Assembly (NCBI GenBank): GCA_951406725.2
Contig: OX597824.1
Coordinates: 48,360,001-48,424,000, forward strand
Direction of reading: 5' to 3'
DNA from: Octopus vulgaris
Taxonomy: Eukaryota
Length of the DNA: 64,000 nucleotides
Shown here one piece after another: positions 1-12,885 of this stretch. Made by a program: the position numbers and the translations under genes. Below the pieces are notes generated by a model. The model ran no database searches and was not told the DNA's origin. It saw only the letters and a list, made by a program, of their open reading frames with translations. Position 1 is the stretch's first letter. Every line of letters begins with the position of its first letter.

Positions 1-147
1 GGGTCTCCCAGAACGTTTGTCAATGTCGACATTTTTTCGGCTATCTTGGAAACGTCTGAACCACTCGTACACTTGTGTGCAGCTCATACACTCCTCTCCA
101 TACACTTTCTGCAACTTAGTGTAGGCCTCTGAGCAGGTATCACCATG
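1..147 (-). mobile_element. mariner transposase N-terminal HTH fragment (runs off window start)
   Basis: Minus strand translates to GDTCSEAYTKLQKVYGEECMSCTQVYEWFRRFQDSRKNVDIDKRSGRP, the Mos1-type HTH signature (YG..C.S...V.EW..RF...RSGRP). Confidence 0.85.
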
Positions 148-369
148 ACAACTTTCTCTGTTATGGTCAATGCAACGATCACACACTACCCTTCCAAGCA
201 ATACTGAAAATAGCGGAGGTAAGTTAGAACGTTAAAACTTAGGAAAGTTCAAGGTCAATCTGTGCCAAGCGGCTTTACTCTGTGTGCTTTAGCTTCCCAT
301 CCGACGCTCTAACAATTCTAACATTTGACCAACAACTACTGTCATACTTAATCTTTTTACTATAGCTAC

Positions 370-566
370 AGGGCCTGAAATTTTGTGGTAGGGTTTAGTC
401 AATTACATCGATCCCATTGCTCAACTGGCACGTGTTTTACCGACTCCGAAAGGATGAAAGGTAAAGTCACCTTTGGCGACATTTGAATACAGATCGTAAA
501 GATCTAGAAGTGCCGTTAAGCACTTTGTTCAACGTGCTAACTATTCTCTCAGCTCACACTGCCTTT
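370..566 (-). mobile_element. tRNA-derived SINE, family A (diverged copy)
   Basis: Reverse complement of the family core 'gactttgcctttcatcctttcggggtcgataaa..agtaccag' seen many times in the window. Confidence 0.75.
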
Positions 567-1051
567 ATCAGAATTGTACTATAATCTGGAATCATTGAAT
601 TGAGTAATATATTTTTTCGATCTTTGAACAGTCTATAAACAGCAGTTTTGGCAGAGTACTTTCCTGAAATATTACTAGGAAACTTGCTTGATATGCTTCG
701 TGGGGAAAAAAATTAAAGAGTTTATTTGCTTCTGGCTGATCTGCAGATGACAAATGAAAAGACACAGAAATATTTGCGCTGCATGAATCTATGTATGTGG
801 CTTGTCATTTGTAGTTTATCATATGTGACTCTCGAAGTATCGGCAGAGTGAAACCTTGCCTTTCATTCAGTAAACTAATACTGCAGTATGCATTGCATAG
901 TTTTTTACATTTGATACAGTCCAATGCCTAGAAATAAATAAGTGAACAAACAATAAATGAAAAACATGATGGATTATGTAAAAAAAGCTGAGTAACCCAG
1001 AACAGACAATATAAGAAAAAATACATTTTATATTTGCTTAATCACTCGTTG

Positions 1052-1123
1052 AGCGGAGTGCATAGTGGCAACATGCTGGGTCCCATAGCCCAAAGGTCTG
1101 TAGATCGAAATCAAGCTCTGCAA
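1052..1123 (+). pseudogene. initiator tRNA-Met(CAT) pseudogene
   Basis: agcggagtgcatagtggcaacatgctgggtcccatagcccaaaggtctgtagatcgaaatcaagctctgcaa aligns to eukaryotic tRNAiMet: CAT anticodon, GGG/CCC anticodon stem and ATCGAAA T-loop. D and T stems are broken. Confidence 0.8.
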
Positions 1124-1175
1124 AGAAACGGATACTAGTTTTGATAATTATATATCGCAACTGAAAATACCAACC

Positions 1176-1342
1176 ATGTATGTATGTATGTATGTATGTA
1201 TGTATGTATGTATGTATGTATGTATGTATGTATGTATGTATGTATGTATGTATGTATGTATGTATGTATGTATGTATGTATGTATGTATGTATGCATGCA
1301 TGTATGTATGTATGTATGTATGTATGTATGTATGTATGTATG
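1176..1342. repeat. (TATG)n microsatellite
   Basis: Long, nearly pure tetranucleotide run. Confidence 0.98.
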
Positions 1343-1344
1343 TG

Positions 1345-1545
1345 TGGGGGGATACACCATATGCAATTAAATGGAAGCTTCTTCAGCAACCGGGACGATA
1401 TCTCAACGGGACTAATCGATTAAAATTTGCTAGACCCAGAGACCAAGAATCCTTAAAAAAACCCGCTTGATACGGGAATCTTCTTAAACTTCAGAAAAAC
1501 GATGCTTAGTTGGTACTCTCATCAGAGAAAATTCGTGTTGTAAAC
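1345..1545 (+). mobile_element. Penelope-like element, C-terminal GIY-YIG region fragment
   Basis: PYAIKWKLLQQPGRYLNGTNR...MLSWYSHQRKFVL* resembles the PLE C-terminus (I.W.IL....Y.NG...C.H..KF.L*); frameshifted. Confidence 0.6.
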
Positions 1546-1635
1546 ATGGAATACACTGTTTTCCAACTAGGAAAAAGTAATCGCCCTTTCAGGTCCTTTC
1601 TCATTGACCCTTTCAGGTCCAACTGGAACCGATCT

Positions 1636-4440
1636 AAGGTGGGTAACTCCATCTCGACCAGAATCATTATCATAGAATTTCGGTATGGGATTATCCTTCC
1701 GACGGATTTCGTTGAAGAGTGTCCTAGCTACAACGTCGTGTCTCATCGGTAGATAATACCGTGATGACATTTTCGGAAAACTGCTTATGATATGGGTGAT
1801 ATCTTGGGTGTGAACTCTATAAAGTCAGTATCGGTTGTCACATTTTACTGCTTTTCCTGCATCTCTATCCCTTTTGTGCGTCAGGTATTTGGTTGATATT
1901 TCCTATCCCTGGATTGCAAACGCATACCCTTCGAAGTGGGAGGTAGTAATCCGGTTATTGGTCTATAATAGACTGCTTGGATGATCAGTGTTACTATCAT
2001 TTCGGAGCTTTCTACTAACATATTCATGCATAGTCTTCTGCTCATATATGCTTTTCCTTTCATCTGATGATGCGTTGCAGTATAGTCGTGCGACTTTTTG
2101 GGACATGTATTTAAGGTTATCAGATAAGGAATATTGCCTTCCAAGTCTTATGATGTTATCAGCCTCATGTATGCAAACTTGGTCAAGAGATGCACTTCAA
2201 CACTTGGTGATTAAAAGAGGTTACCAAAGGGATATGATACGACACTCCAAGGCATTTTAGATCGTGTTTAACCTCTGGCGCCTTGTTTTCGTTTTAGGTA
2301 GGGGCGGTCTACGTCACTGTTTATATGGAAATTATGTGTGCTTGTTAGTATTTTTCGGGTTTTCACATCAATGGTCCAGATCTCATCAAGCGTCCAATCA
2401 AGCAGCTCAAATGTTGGTATAAGTACTTGTACTGCAACCATATTGTGGGCTACTGTTTTATTGGATGTAGTGAGTTCTGAAGTCCAAATTTTCTTTATTC
2501 GGCTGTAATATTCTTTTGTGACACGTGTTTTGTTACAGGTGCCATTGTAGATACCTTTAAAATCCTCATCAGTTATAGGGGTAACAGTCAAGTCATTGAT
2601 GGAGATGTTGTTAGACTGTTGTTAGACAGTTTTCCCATTTTTCACAACATTTATCCTGACCAAAATCCATCCTTACATCCTTTGAGAAGGTTGTAACTAG
2701 GTCAAAGCTCTTTTCCATCTCGTGCATATTCTTTGCATAAAGTTTCAAGTCATCCACAAAGAAACGGTGTGTAATTTTGGTATTTCTGTTTCCTTGTAAA
2801 CCAGTGAGATATCCTTCAGACTTCCTTAACATGAATGACAAGGGCTTTACAGAAAGTACAAACAACATCGCAGTGAGGCTGTCTCCTTGGAATATACCTT
2901 TTTGCGATACTGTATTCTGTCAGTGATAATACAGTCCATTCTTTCTGTTTTATTTCAAGATTGTGGCTCACGATGAAGTCAGGTCAGCTATGACTTTAAC
3001 AGGTTAAAGGGCTTCTGGCATCAATGATTGGGGAACAGAGTCAAAGGCTTTCTTGTAGTCTAGCCACATTGATACTAAGCTCCCCCTATGCTCTCACACA
3101 TCTGACAGCACAGTTTTGTTGATTAACAATTGCTCGGCACATCCCAGACTCCCTTCTTCTCAGCTACTTGCTCCGCTGTAATGATGTTATAAGTTTCAGA
3201 ATGGTCCTGGAGGAAGAGGTTTAAGCATACAGTATATATCTTATACATTAAATTCTGGCATGGAATTCGCCGGTAGTTTTTTTGCCATGCTGGTTATTTT
3301 GCATTTGGGGATCAATTTTGTTTCTGGCATTGTTAATCAGTGTGGTATGCTACTGTTCCTATTAAGAACTTGCTGGTATAGATTGATAAGATATGGTCGG
3401 TAGAAGGTTAGCTTCTTGTGCCAATATCTAACAATCGAGTCTCTTCCAGGTTCTTCTCCATCCTGGAGTTTCTGGATCTTGCAACTCCATCCTGGAGTTA
3501 GTTGCAAGGATATCACCATCAATGCTGTATGACTTGGATGTAACACAGGAGCAATAACTTCTTCGGATTTCTTCCAGCCACAGAGCATCTTGGTTAAACT
3601 CCTTCTCTTCACTCCAATTTTTTCTCCAGAAGAAGTCTGTCTTCTTGTGAAGAAGATTCTATGATATTCACTGTCCATCCTCTCACGTTTCTGTATACTG
3701 CTGCCTGGTTCCGGTTAAGACTTTTGTTTATTGTTTTCCTGTTGGTTATTCTCTTCTGATGTCGGAGTTTTTCACTGACAGTTTTTAGCTCTTGCTTGAA
3801 GGTAATCAGTTTGCAAGTGAGTGTTCTCTTTTTGCTGTCTCCAGACATCATTTCTATCTCCTTCTTTACTTTCTGTTGGTGGGACGTATAGTGTTTTGCT
3901 TGTTTGCACGCAATAAGCATCATTACATGACTGGTGGTCTTCTGTAAACTAGTTATCCTTTTCTGTCTTCAAAACCCATGATGGTACTTTCTTTGTTGTT
4001 TCGGATTTGTTTACTTTTTCAATGTCACTCATGTACTGCTTTGCAGTAGCAGCCAGTGAATATAGACAGGCGTTAATCTGCCAGTATGTGGGTTCATCAC
4101 AATGCTGTATATACTCATCACCAATTTCGTTAACAGCTTTTAATACAGTATCTGGTGTTTTTTTTATTTACTTTGGTAGAGAACACTCTCTCCTCGAGAG
4201 AGTACTTCAAAGCCAAAGTTATTTTTTCTCGGAAAATTTCAGTAAGAGTACATTCCACCAAAAAATAATCCTGACTACAACTACTACTACAGTAATCGTT
4301 GTGGTTGTGCCTGCGATTTACCATAGTCGTAGTAGGTGACAGTGGTCAGTTACTTTAGCCAGTCACGTAGTTTGGCTGGCAGGCACTATGGAATCTATTG
4401 GAATGTCGCTAGCTGCGAAACCACGTAGTGGTCTTATATC
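1636..4440 (-). mobile_element. R4/Dong-clade (RLE-type) non-LTR retrotransposon, decayed, 3' end missing
   Basis: Frameshifted pieces: N-terminal TYWQINACLYSLAATA/PSWV, PGRDSIVRYWHKKL, WLDYKKAFDSVP, GIFQGDSLTAMLFVLSVKPLS, THRFFVDDLKLY (RT), IDVKTRKILT..HINSDVDRPYLKRKQGARG, and zinc-knuckle/RHDVVA region. Confidence 0.92.
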
Positions 4441-4723
4441 ATTCACGCTTTCGTTTTTGTTTATAGAGTTGGGAAGAAGGTTAATTTTCATTTTTAAATA
4501 AAGCCACAACCACACACACACACACACACAGACACACACACCTGTGTGCACGCACATGCCCACACATACACGCACACATACCTCCTTCTCTTGCACTCTC
4601 CTGTCTTTGAAAGAACTTTTTCTTCATCCATTCCCTTCCGGTTATTTCAATATGTGACCGCGTGTGTATCGTTGGCGATTTTCTTTCTCCGTCTTCCCTT
4701 CCTTGGACTTTTCCTGTTTCTAT

Positions 4724-4758
4724 GTTTCTGACAAAGAGCTCCGCTCGAAACGTTAAAT
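4724..4758 (+). ncRNA. minimal type I hammerhead motif, decayed (G8>A)
   Basis: GUUU-CUGACAA-A-GAG CUCCG CUC-GAAA-CG-UU-AAAU, within a pyrimidine-rich PLE pLTR-like segment (~4580-4835). Confidence 0.55.
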
Positions 4759-4848
4759 CCCCCTTCTTCCTTTAACACTATACTTGTTCCTGGTCCTCTC
4801 GTTGCTGTGTTTTCTCTTCATGTTTGGATTAACTATATATATATATAT

Positions 4849-5031
4849 ATACTTTATAATTAGGGTTCACCACATACCGAAGTTTAGAAATAGCAGTCAA
4901 AAATTCTTAGCTATTCCTTCTACTTTAAAAGGGACTCCCAGTAGAAGGAAAAGCTAAGATATTTTGACTGCTATTTCTAAATTCCGGTATGTGGTGAAGC
5001 AAATTTTTGCTGAACCCTAATTATAAAGTAT
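4849..5031. repeat. fold-back (inverted repeat) element
   Basis: atactttataattagggttcaccacataccg..ttccttctact is mirrored by agtagaaggaa..cggtatgtggtgaa..tgaaccctaattataaagtat; abuts (TA)n. Confidence 0.9.
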
Positions 5032-5119
5032 TACTTAAGCTTACCATGAAATGGTCTTTTTCATGCCGAATTCTACTTGGTGAAATTACTAATTACTTCT
5101 TAATTAATTTTACCCTTTG

Positions 5120-5120
<1 letters not shown>

Positions 5121-5203
<83 letters not shown>

Positions 5204-5238
5204 ATGGATGTATGTATATACATATGCATTCGTGTGTG

Positions 5239-5281
<43 letters not shown>

Positions 5282-5400
5282 AGATATGCATGTATGTATA
5301 TATATGTATATATGTATATGTATGTATGCACATATATATATATATATATATATAGACATACATACATATATATACACACATACACACACACATATAGATC
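5121..5400. repeat. compound (TA)n/(TATG)n/(TG)n microsatellite
   Basis: Direct inspection. Confidence 0.95.
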
Positions 5401-6149
5401 TTCTTATATAAGATAGACCTCTGTGTGTGTATTCGCTTTTCAGGCGAAAACAGCTGAGCAAATTGCTTTCATACTTGATATGCATGAATAATTTGACTTC
5501 GGATACACAATAGGGTTTTTAGCTTATTTTTTTTTCATTAAAAGTAAATAATATTGCTTTATATACATGAATCACTTCTTTAAAAAAGTTTTTCAACGTC
5601 AACTTCTGGTATTGACGTAGCAACGGCGAAATGTTTCGTTTTCATTTGCAAAGTCTCTAACTTTCTATCTTAATGTTTCCATTTCAAGTTTTAATTCGCT
5701 ATTTGCAAACAACTACGATAAATTACCGAAAGAGATAAAAACCTTGGGAGGGGTAAAAAAAAAAATTGTAAATATTTTCAGAGGAATAGGTGTACGATTC
5801 AAGAGAGATTTGGCTGTTGTTTCTAGCACATCCCAAACTACCCTCCCTTTTCACTTTCGCATCGTCGCATGTATTGGTGTTTTTTTTTAAATATTTTTCT
5901 TCCATTAAACACATTTTATGGAACGATGATGCCGAAGTAACTCACGTGTAGTTCATTGATAGGATACAAGCGACAAAAAAATATTGCTATCTAAATTTTT
6001 ACCTCCACTTCAATCACGCGAAGCCGTGTGTGTGTAAACATTGGTTAATGTTTACTTTAGTACCCGGTCACACAAAAAACTAGTACAACGGGTGCAAAAA
6101 AATGTGTATGAAACGAATATGAAAACAAAAATGCGCGCAATCCAACCGG

Positions 6150-6450
6150 GGAGAGAGGAGAGGACTTTCAGAAAATTCACAAGATCCGAGTTTTTCCCGC
6201 ATAACATTTAGGAAAATGGGCTTTTTTTAAATGAAATTTTATGTAAATACCTTTCAAACGGCATAGATTACGATTATAAAAAAATTGTGGGGAAAATCTT
6301 TTCCGAGGCTGTGGGGAGAGGACTTTCGGAAAATTCACAAGGTCTGATATTTTTCCCTCCATAACTTTGAGGAAAATGGACATCTTTTAATGAACTTTTA
6401 AATGAATACCCTTCAAACGACAAATTCATAAATATGGTATTGAATATGGT
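6150..6450. repeat. diverged tandem duplication, ~158 bp unit
   Basis: 'ggactttc.gaaaattcacaag..ataac.tt.aggaaaatgg..tacc.ttcaaacg' occurs twice (~6162 and ~6320). Confidence 0.8.
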
Positions 6451-6627
6451 TTCACTATAGAAAAAAGTTAAGGGCGATTTAGCTGTTGTTTTTAGCATAT
6501 CTCCCGACCGTCTGATACCTTCCTTATTTGTTTAATATTTTCGGTTATTTACAAGTTCTTTCAGTCACCAATAAGCAAGTTAACAAGCCTAATTGGTGTA
6601 GGAAGATCTGTATTGAATGTCTTAAAG

Positions 6628-6870
6628 CAAAGGTTTTCAACGGGGGCCAGATGGCCCCAGGAGCTATTTGGTACTTGAGGGAGGCGTTTTGGAGCAAAGG
6701 GGCACTAGGGGCGTTAAAATACTTGGGGCGTTAGAGGGGTACTGGAAGACACTCGTCTTTGGTAAGTTTAACTTGAAATTAACGAGCAGTAGCCATGTTT
6801 TCACATCTACGCGACAGTCAGTTTTAAAAAAAACTATGCCTTTTTGTTTCAAATTTTCAAAAATTTAAAA
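6628..6870 (+). mobile_element. hAT-type MITE fragment
   Basis: Begins caaaggttttcaacgggggccagatggcccc, similar to the MITE end at 17748. Confidence 0.4.
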
Positions 6871-7228
6871 ATCAATTTTCCACTTTGACAACACCAAGCA
6901 AATTCCTGGTATAATGTGTAACTGGTGTCGCTAAAGTGAAACCCCCCAAATAAAAACAAAAACTGAAAACAGATAAATAGTGACAGAAGATTAAAAGGAA
7001 AAAATGTAATGAATTAAAGCAAAAAGTTGAATGTATGTTTGTGTGAGTGTGTGTGTGCAAATATATGAAGAATGGTGATCAAACTGGCTTTTGGGAATGG
7101 CTGATAGCTATGTATTTGTGTATGTGTGTGTATGTATGGGTTATGTTTGTATATGATTGCGTGTGTTGCCGTTTTGAATTCCTTTCTGCGATTGAAATTA
7201 AATTGATCCCTGGCTATTCAAGACTGAA

Positions 7229-7283
<55 letters not shown>

Positions 7284-7593
7284 TTTTTGTACCCATTTGA
7301 ACTGCAGCTATATGCTAGATAACGTGGTAAGTCTTATGTTCTGAAATTTAAATTTTGAATTCGTTTTAATCATAAAATTACGCCTCAGCTAAAAACATGT
7401 CTTTAGACTTTGGAAAGCAGAACCTTTTTTTCTCTTAAATATTTTTGTCAAGTTAGAATTTCTCTGTTTTGGACAGGATTTTCCAATTTCCTGTATCAAG
7501 TAACAGACAGAAGCATTTAAAAACAAATTAAATTCGTAGAGCCGAACAAAATCATAGATATTAATTTTAATCGTAATGATGGAGAAGAGCATA

Positions 7594-7639
<46 letters not shown>

Positions 7640-8377
7640 ACTCATTCCTTGCCTTATGCTTGGAAACGTTAAAGGACAAATGTATTGTCATACCTTGTTT
7701 GTGCATTCAGTTTGGTCGCTGTCTTTACGTTAGAAACAATGTACCTTGGTTGTCATCAATATTAATAACAGAATATTGTAAGCTAATTGAAAATTAAAAC
7801 AAGTTATTGGTGAACCCACGTTGTTATTGCTCTTGTTTTTCTTTCCTATTTGTCAAAGAAGGTCCTTTGTAACGAGTAGATTATAGAGTAACGTGGAGGT
7901 TCAACTAAAGTAGGTTTGTGGCGGCTTAAATAACAATACGTTATGTAATTTTGCGCTAAAATATTCATCGTAAAAATACCTAAGCCAAAAATCTTTATGG
8001 TAAGTATTTACGTCGAAAACAAAAAAAGGCAAATATTCTTCAGCATATATTCCTCTCGACGCACAAGAATTCTGGACCCGAACACACGGCTATACTCAAC
8101 TTGACCTCATTACCTTCAATCTTCCCAAAGTCACTCAGTAATTATCTCCCAATTTCTAATAGTCCAAATAATACTGAGCCGGCCTTATTGTATGATATTA
8201 TAAATTAATCGATATTATCTGTTTTATTACAACTTAATAAAATATTCATGCATAATTATAATATGTAAATATGTAAGATTTTATTGATGAAAACTTAGCA
8301 AAGGGACATCTAATAATAAACATTTCCATTAGAAGACACCCAGCATACAGTCCAGGCCATAATTTCAGGCAATACAG

Positions 8378-8409
<32 letters not shown>

Positions 8410-8624
8410 ATATAACAGTTTTACTTCATTTTCCACACACCAAGAGAAGTTAGGTTTCTTTCAGCTTATCAGGTACTAGGATTTAGAATAGTCAAATAGT
8501 ATGTATTCTTCCAAGGGTTGGTGAAGCATGGAATTAAATTAGCTAAGCATGTAGAGAAACTGCAAATAGATGAAAGCAATGTTTATGTTATTGTAAATCT
8601 CTATAGATATTTTTTTGTTTTCTT

Positions 8625-8830
8625 CTTTTACTGGGCTCAGTCATTGAACTGCGGCCACATCAGAATACGACTTCGAAAGGTTTAATCGATCATCGATCAG
8701 AACGACCTTATTTCAAATTTTACAATGGCACATATTTTAACGATTTCTATTTGTCAAACCGTTACATTACGGGATATAAAGAGACATTGGCATACATTCC
8801 TCTGTTTTTTCACCATAATCCTAAACATAA
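8625..8830 (-). mobile_element. SINE family B, 3' part (diverged)
   Basis: Reverse complement of the 'tggccgcagtcaaatgactgaaacaagtaaaag' tail. Confidence 0.6.
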
Positions 8831-8847
8831 ATCACACACGCACACAC

Positions 8848-8884
<37 letters not shown>

Positions 8885-8991
8885 TATGCACACACACATA
8901 CTTATATTTTTGCCTGAATTCCTGAGAGGAATTTTCATTAATATATATTGACTTACTTGGATTAGTGTCCTTATCTTGGTTGTTATAATTT

Positions 8992-9027
8992 CAACGTTTC
9001 ACCTGCTGTATTTTCTAGCTCTTCAGG
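8992..9027 (-). ncRNA. decayed hammerhead-like motif
   Basis: CUGAAGA-GCUAGAAAAUACAGCAGGU-GAAA-CGUUG; core present, stems weak. Confidence 0.35.
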
Positions 9028-10749
9028 TGCCTGCTATATTCAGTATCATCCGTGGTATTTCGTGCCAAACCCATATTTATTAAATCTATGACAGTAGATT
9101 ATTCACATTCAGTTGTCATTACCAGAGACTTGTATTAGTTATTCCCCTTGTTGTAATGCTGCTCACTCATACGGCTTGAACCAAGGATTCACTAACCTAG
9201 GGACTGAATTCACATCCATCAGATAAACACTTAACACTTATACTCGCTATTCCATTGTCTTGTTGGTAAATTAGATATGGAAATTAACATTTTTTTAGGC
9301 TGTAGGTTTAATGTTCTTACTTTCTTAATTAAAGACATCTACATGGTGTTCATTACTATGCTAAACTGACTGAGAAGGTTATCATTTGTCCTGATTATTT
9401 CAGTCGTCCTAATTTGCAGTTGTTTCATATCTGTTATTTTTACTTCGTTCCCCAAAGATTAACGAGCCCTGCCTTTTCCTTTCACAACAATCATGCTATG
9501 TCTGACTTTTCTGTCTTCCCAACGGATTACATCTTTACTAAGTTCTTCTGGCTTTATTCTTGAAGATCTTTTTACATAGATAATGTCGGTGAAGTAAGCA
9601 TTAAAGAAAATAGCAAGTAGTACGCGAAACTGGCGGAAAAGGAGATATAGCGATTTGATTTATCGTTCAGTATAAATGTTTCTTGCTATTTAAGACTAGC
9701 TAAAATGAGAAATCAATGCAAATAAACAACGATTCTGTCGGTTCCTGTTGTGATGACATCTTCTGAGGAAAAGCGTAGTGATATATTGTTATCATCTGCT
9801 GCTACCGTGTCGAAGTGAAGGGAAAAGCCTTAAGAAAACGATTCATTTTAGTTCCATTTTATGTAGACAAAATGGCTATCTGAATACTGCTTTCACATTG
9901 ACTAATAAAAACGACGAAAAATAACGAGTGACTAAAGCGTTACATTTGCATGAAGGTCGCAATATGTTTTCAGATTGCCCGTGATACAAGCAAACAATCC
10001 ATTCATTATTTTACAGATTTACACTTACTCACCCGTAATAACTCTAGCACGTGTGTTAATATGCATTTGTGTGTGTGTATGTGTGTGAGTGAGTGTGTGA
10101 ATGGATGTACATGTGTGTGCGTGTTTGAGCAAATGTATGTTATTCATCTGATTCTATCGAGTTGTAAGTGTATGTATAATGTATCACGTCCGTGCGTTCC
10201 AGTAATCTTGATTTCTCTTGCTTCTATCATTCTTCTCCCTTCTCTTCTCCCTCGCTCTCACTCTTTAGGGAACTCCTACTCTCAAAAGATGCTTACGTTT
10301 CACACAAAGAGGAATGCTTATATCAGTAGATAAATTATCCACGGATTAACGATCTTATTAAGAAGAGTCAAACATTGTGCATAAGTATCTTCTTGTTTGC
10401 AGTCATAGTTAGCAAGAAAAAGAAGACAAAAAGAAAAACACCGAAAAACTCCTTATCTCTTTCTCTCTATGTGTGTGTTATATTGATAAAAGTATACGAA
10501 TACACACACACACACATGCAGGCATACATAAAACAAACACACACATATATGTATGTTTGCAAACACGCACACTAAGACACAAATACACACATGTATATAA
10601 ATACATACATATTGCATTATTTACACGTGTGTTTAATGAAACATATCTAAAAGAAAAGCTGTTCCTCAAATGGACAACCATACACACATAGGTATATATA
10701 TGTATGTGTGTGTATGTGCATATATGTATATATGTAATATGTAGCTATG

Positions 10750-10830
<81 letters not shown>

Positions 10831-11140
10831 ATGTGTATGTGTGCAAGTACGAACGGAGATGACTCTGCAGATGTAATAGGAGGCCACGTGATTGAAAGCA
10901 GGGAAAATTACCTCTCAAAGAGGTGATTAAATGATAGCAGAGAAATTAGGTTAGGCGCAAACATGCTAAAAATAGTTTTCAGAGAGAAAGATCTACAGCA
11001 ATCCTGAGATAATTAGTAGTACGCGTGTGTATGCGTATGTGCATATAAAAGCGCGCGGGAGCGTATACGCACACACACACACATATATATGGAGTGGGGT
11101 ATGTATGTATATATGTGTGTGTGTGTGTGTGTATATAAAC

Positions 11141-11244
<104 letters not shown>

Positions 11245-11496
11245 TACATATATGTACGTATATATCACATATATATTTATGTGTGTGAGCGTATGTATCT
11301 AGGATGTATCTGGGTACCGGCGTGACTTTGAGGTAGAGATTCTTCCTTTGCAGCCAGGTCGTTTCATTTTCGATTTGACTGCTTGGCACCTTGGCTACAT
11401 ATCTTCAACTATAGCCTCGGGTGGAGTAAATACTTCCTAAATGGAATTTGGTAAAAAGGAAACTGCGTGAAATACATACCTACATACATACATACA

Positions 11497-11530
<34 letters not shown>

Positions 11531-11539
11531 CATGCATAC

Positions 11540-11945
11540 AAGCGGTGTGGTAAGAAGCTTGATTCCCAACCACGCGGTTCCGGGTTCAGTCCCTCTGCGT
11601 GGCACCTTGGGCAAGTGCCTTCTACTATAGCCTCGGACTGACGAAAATTTGTGAGTAGATTTGGTGGACGGAAACTGAAGAAGCCCGCCGTACATGCGTG
11701 TGTGTGTGTGTCTGTGTGTGTGTGTCTGTGTTTGTTCTCCCACCATCGCTTGACAACCGATGCTGGTGTGTTTATGTCACTATAACCCAGCTGTTCGGCA
11801 AAAGCGACCAATAGAATAAGTACTAGGCGTACAAAAAATATGTCCTGGGGTAGATTTCTTCGACTAAAACCCTTTAAGGTGGTACTCCAGCATAGCCACA
11901 GTCAAATGATTGAAACAACTAAAAGAACAAAAGAATAAAAGAATA
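11540..11945 (+). mobile_element. SINE family B (tRNA head, CORE-like accttgggcaagt, internal (TG)n), full length
   Basis: A-box-like gtgtggtaag, B-box ggttcagtcc and tail gtcaaatgattgaaacaactaaaagaacaaaag; many copies in the window. Confidence 0.88.
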
Positions 11946-11964
11946 TGTATATACATATGTATAA

Positions 11965-12150
11965 CGGTTTCTGATTTAGGTACAAGGCCAGCAATTTTGC
12001 GGTGTACAGATTAGTTGATTCGATCGAACGCAATCTTTGACTGGTACATCATCTTATCGACCTCAGAAAGAATCGAAGGCAGAATTTGAACTCAGAATGT
12101 AAAGCGTCAGGTCAAATGCAGCAAAACATTTTTCAAACGATCCTGCCGTC
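11965..12150 (-). mobile_element. SINE family A, diverged
   Basis: tacaaggccagcaatttt..gaatttgaactcagaatgtaaag. Confidence 0.7.
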
Positions 12151-12239
12151 CCGCACCATTTATATTGTGCACACGCACACACACACATAAACTTCCCATC
12201 ACACATACACCCGTATATATATATATATATATATATATA

Positions 12240-12550
12240 TTCGAGCGTGATCGTTACCAGCGTCGCCCTACTGGCACTTGTGCCGGTGTGCCGGTGACAC
12301 GTAAAAAAAAAATAACACGATTTTTTCGTGGCCGTTGCCAGTACCGCCTGCCTGGCCCTCGTGCCAGTGGCACGTAAAAGCATCCACTACACTCTCGGTG
12401 TGGCTGGCATTAGAAAGACCATCCGGCTGTAGAAACTCTGCCAGATCAAGATTGGAGCCTGGTGCAGCCATCTGGTTCGCCAGTCCTCAGTCAAATCGTC
12501 CAACCCATGCTAGCATGGAAAGCAGACATTAAACGATGATGGTGATGATA
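12240..12550 (+). mobile_element. SINE/LINE 3' end with RTE-like tail ending in (GAT)n
   Basis: ggcattagaaagaccatccggctgtagaaac..aacccatgctagcatggaaagcagacattaaacgatgatggtgatg. Confidence 0.65.
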
Positions 12551-12679
12551 TATATATGTATACATACACACACACACATACACACACATATATATATATG
12601 CACTTGTACACACACACACGCATACATATGCTTAAAAGTGAAGTGTGTGTTCGTACCTGTATATGTTTGTACGTATATG

Positions 12680-12885
12680 TGTCTTTGCGTCTGTGTTTGC
12701 TTCCCTACCACCACTGAACAACCGGTGTCAGTTTCTTTACAGCCCCGTGAATTAGCGGTTCAGTAGAGGGACCAATACAATGAATACCAGACCTAAAAAT
12801 AAGTTCTGCAGATGATTTGATCGAGTAAAATCTTTCATGGCGGTGCTACAGCATGGCCACAGTCCAACGAATGAAGCAAATAAAA
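12680..12885 (+). mobile_element. SINE family B, 3' half
   Basis: acaaccggtgtc..ggcggtgctacagcatggccacagtc. Confidence 0.75.
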
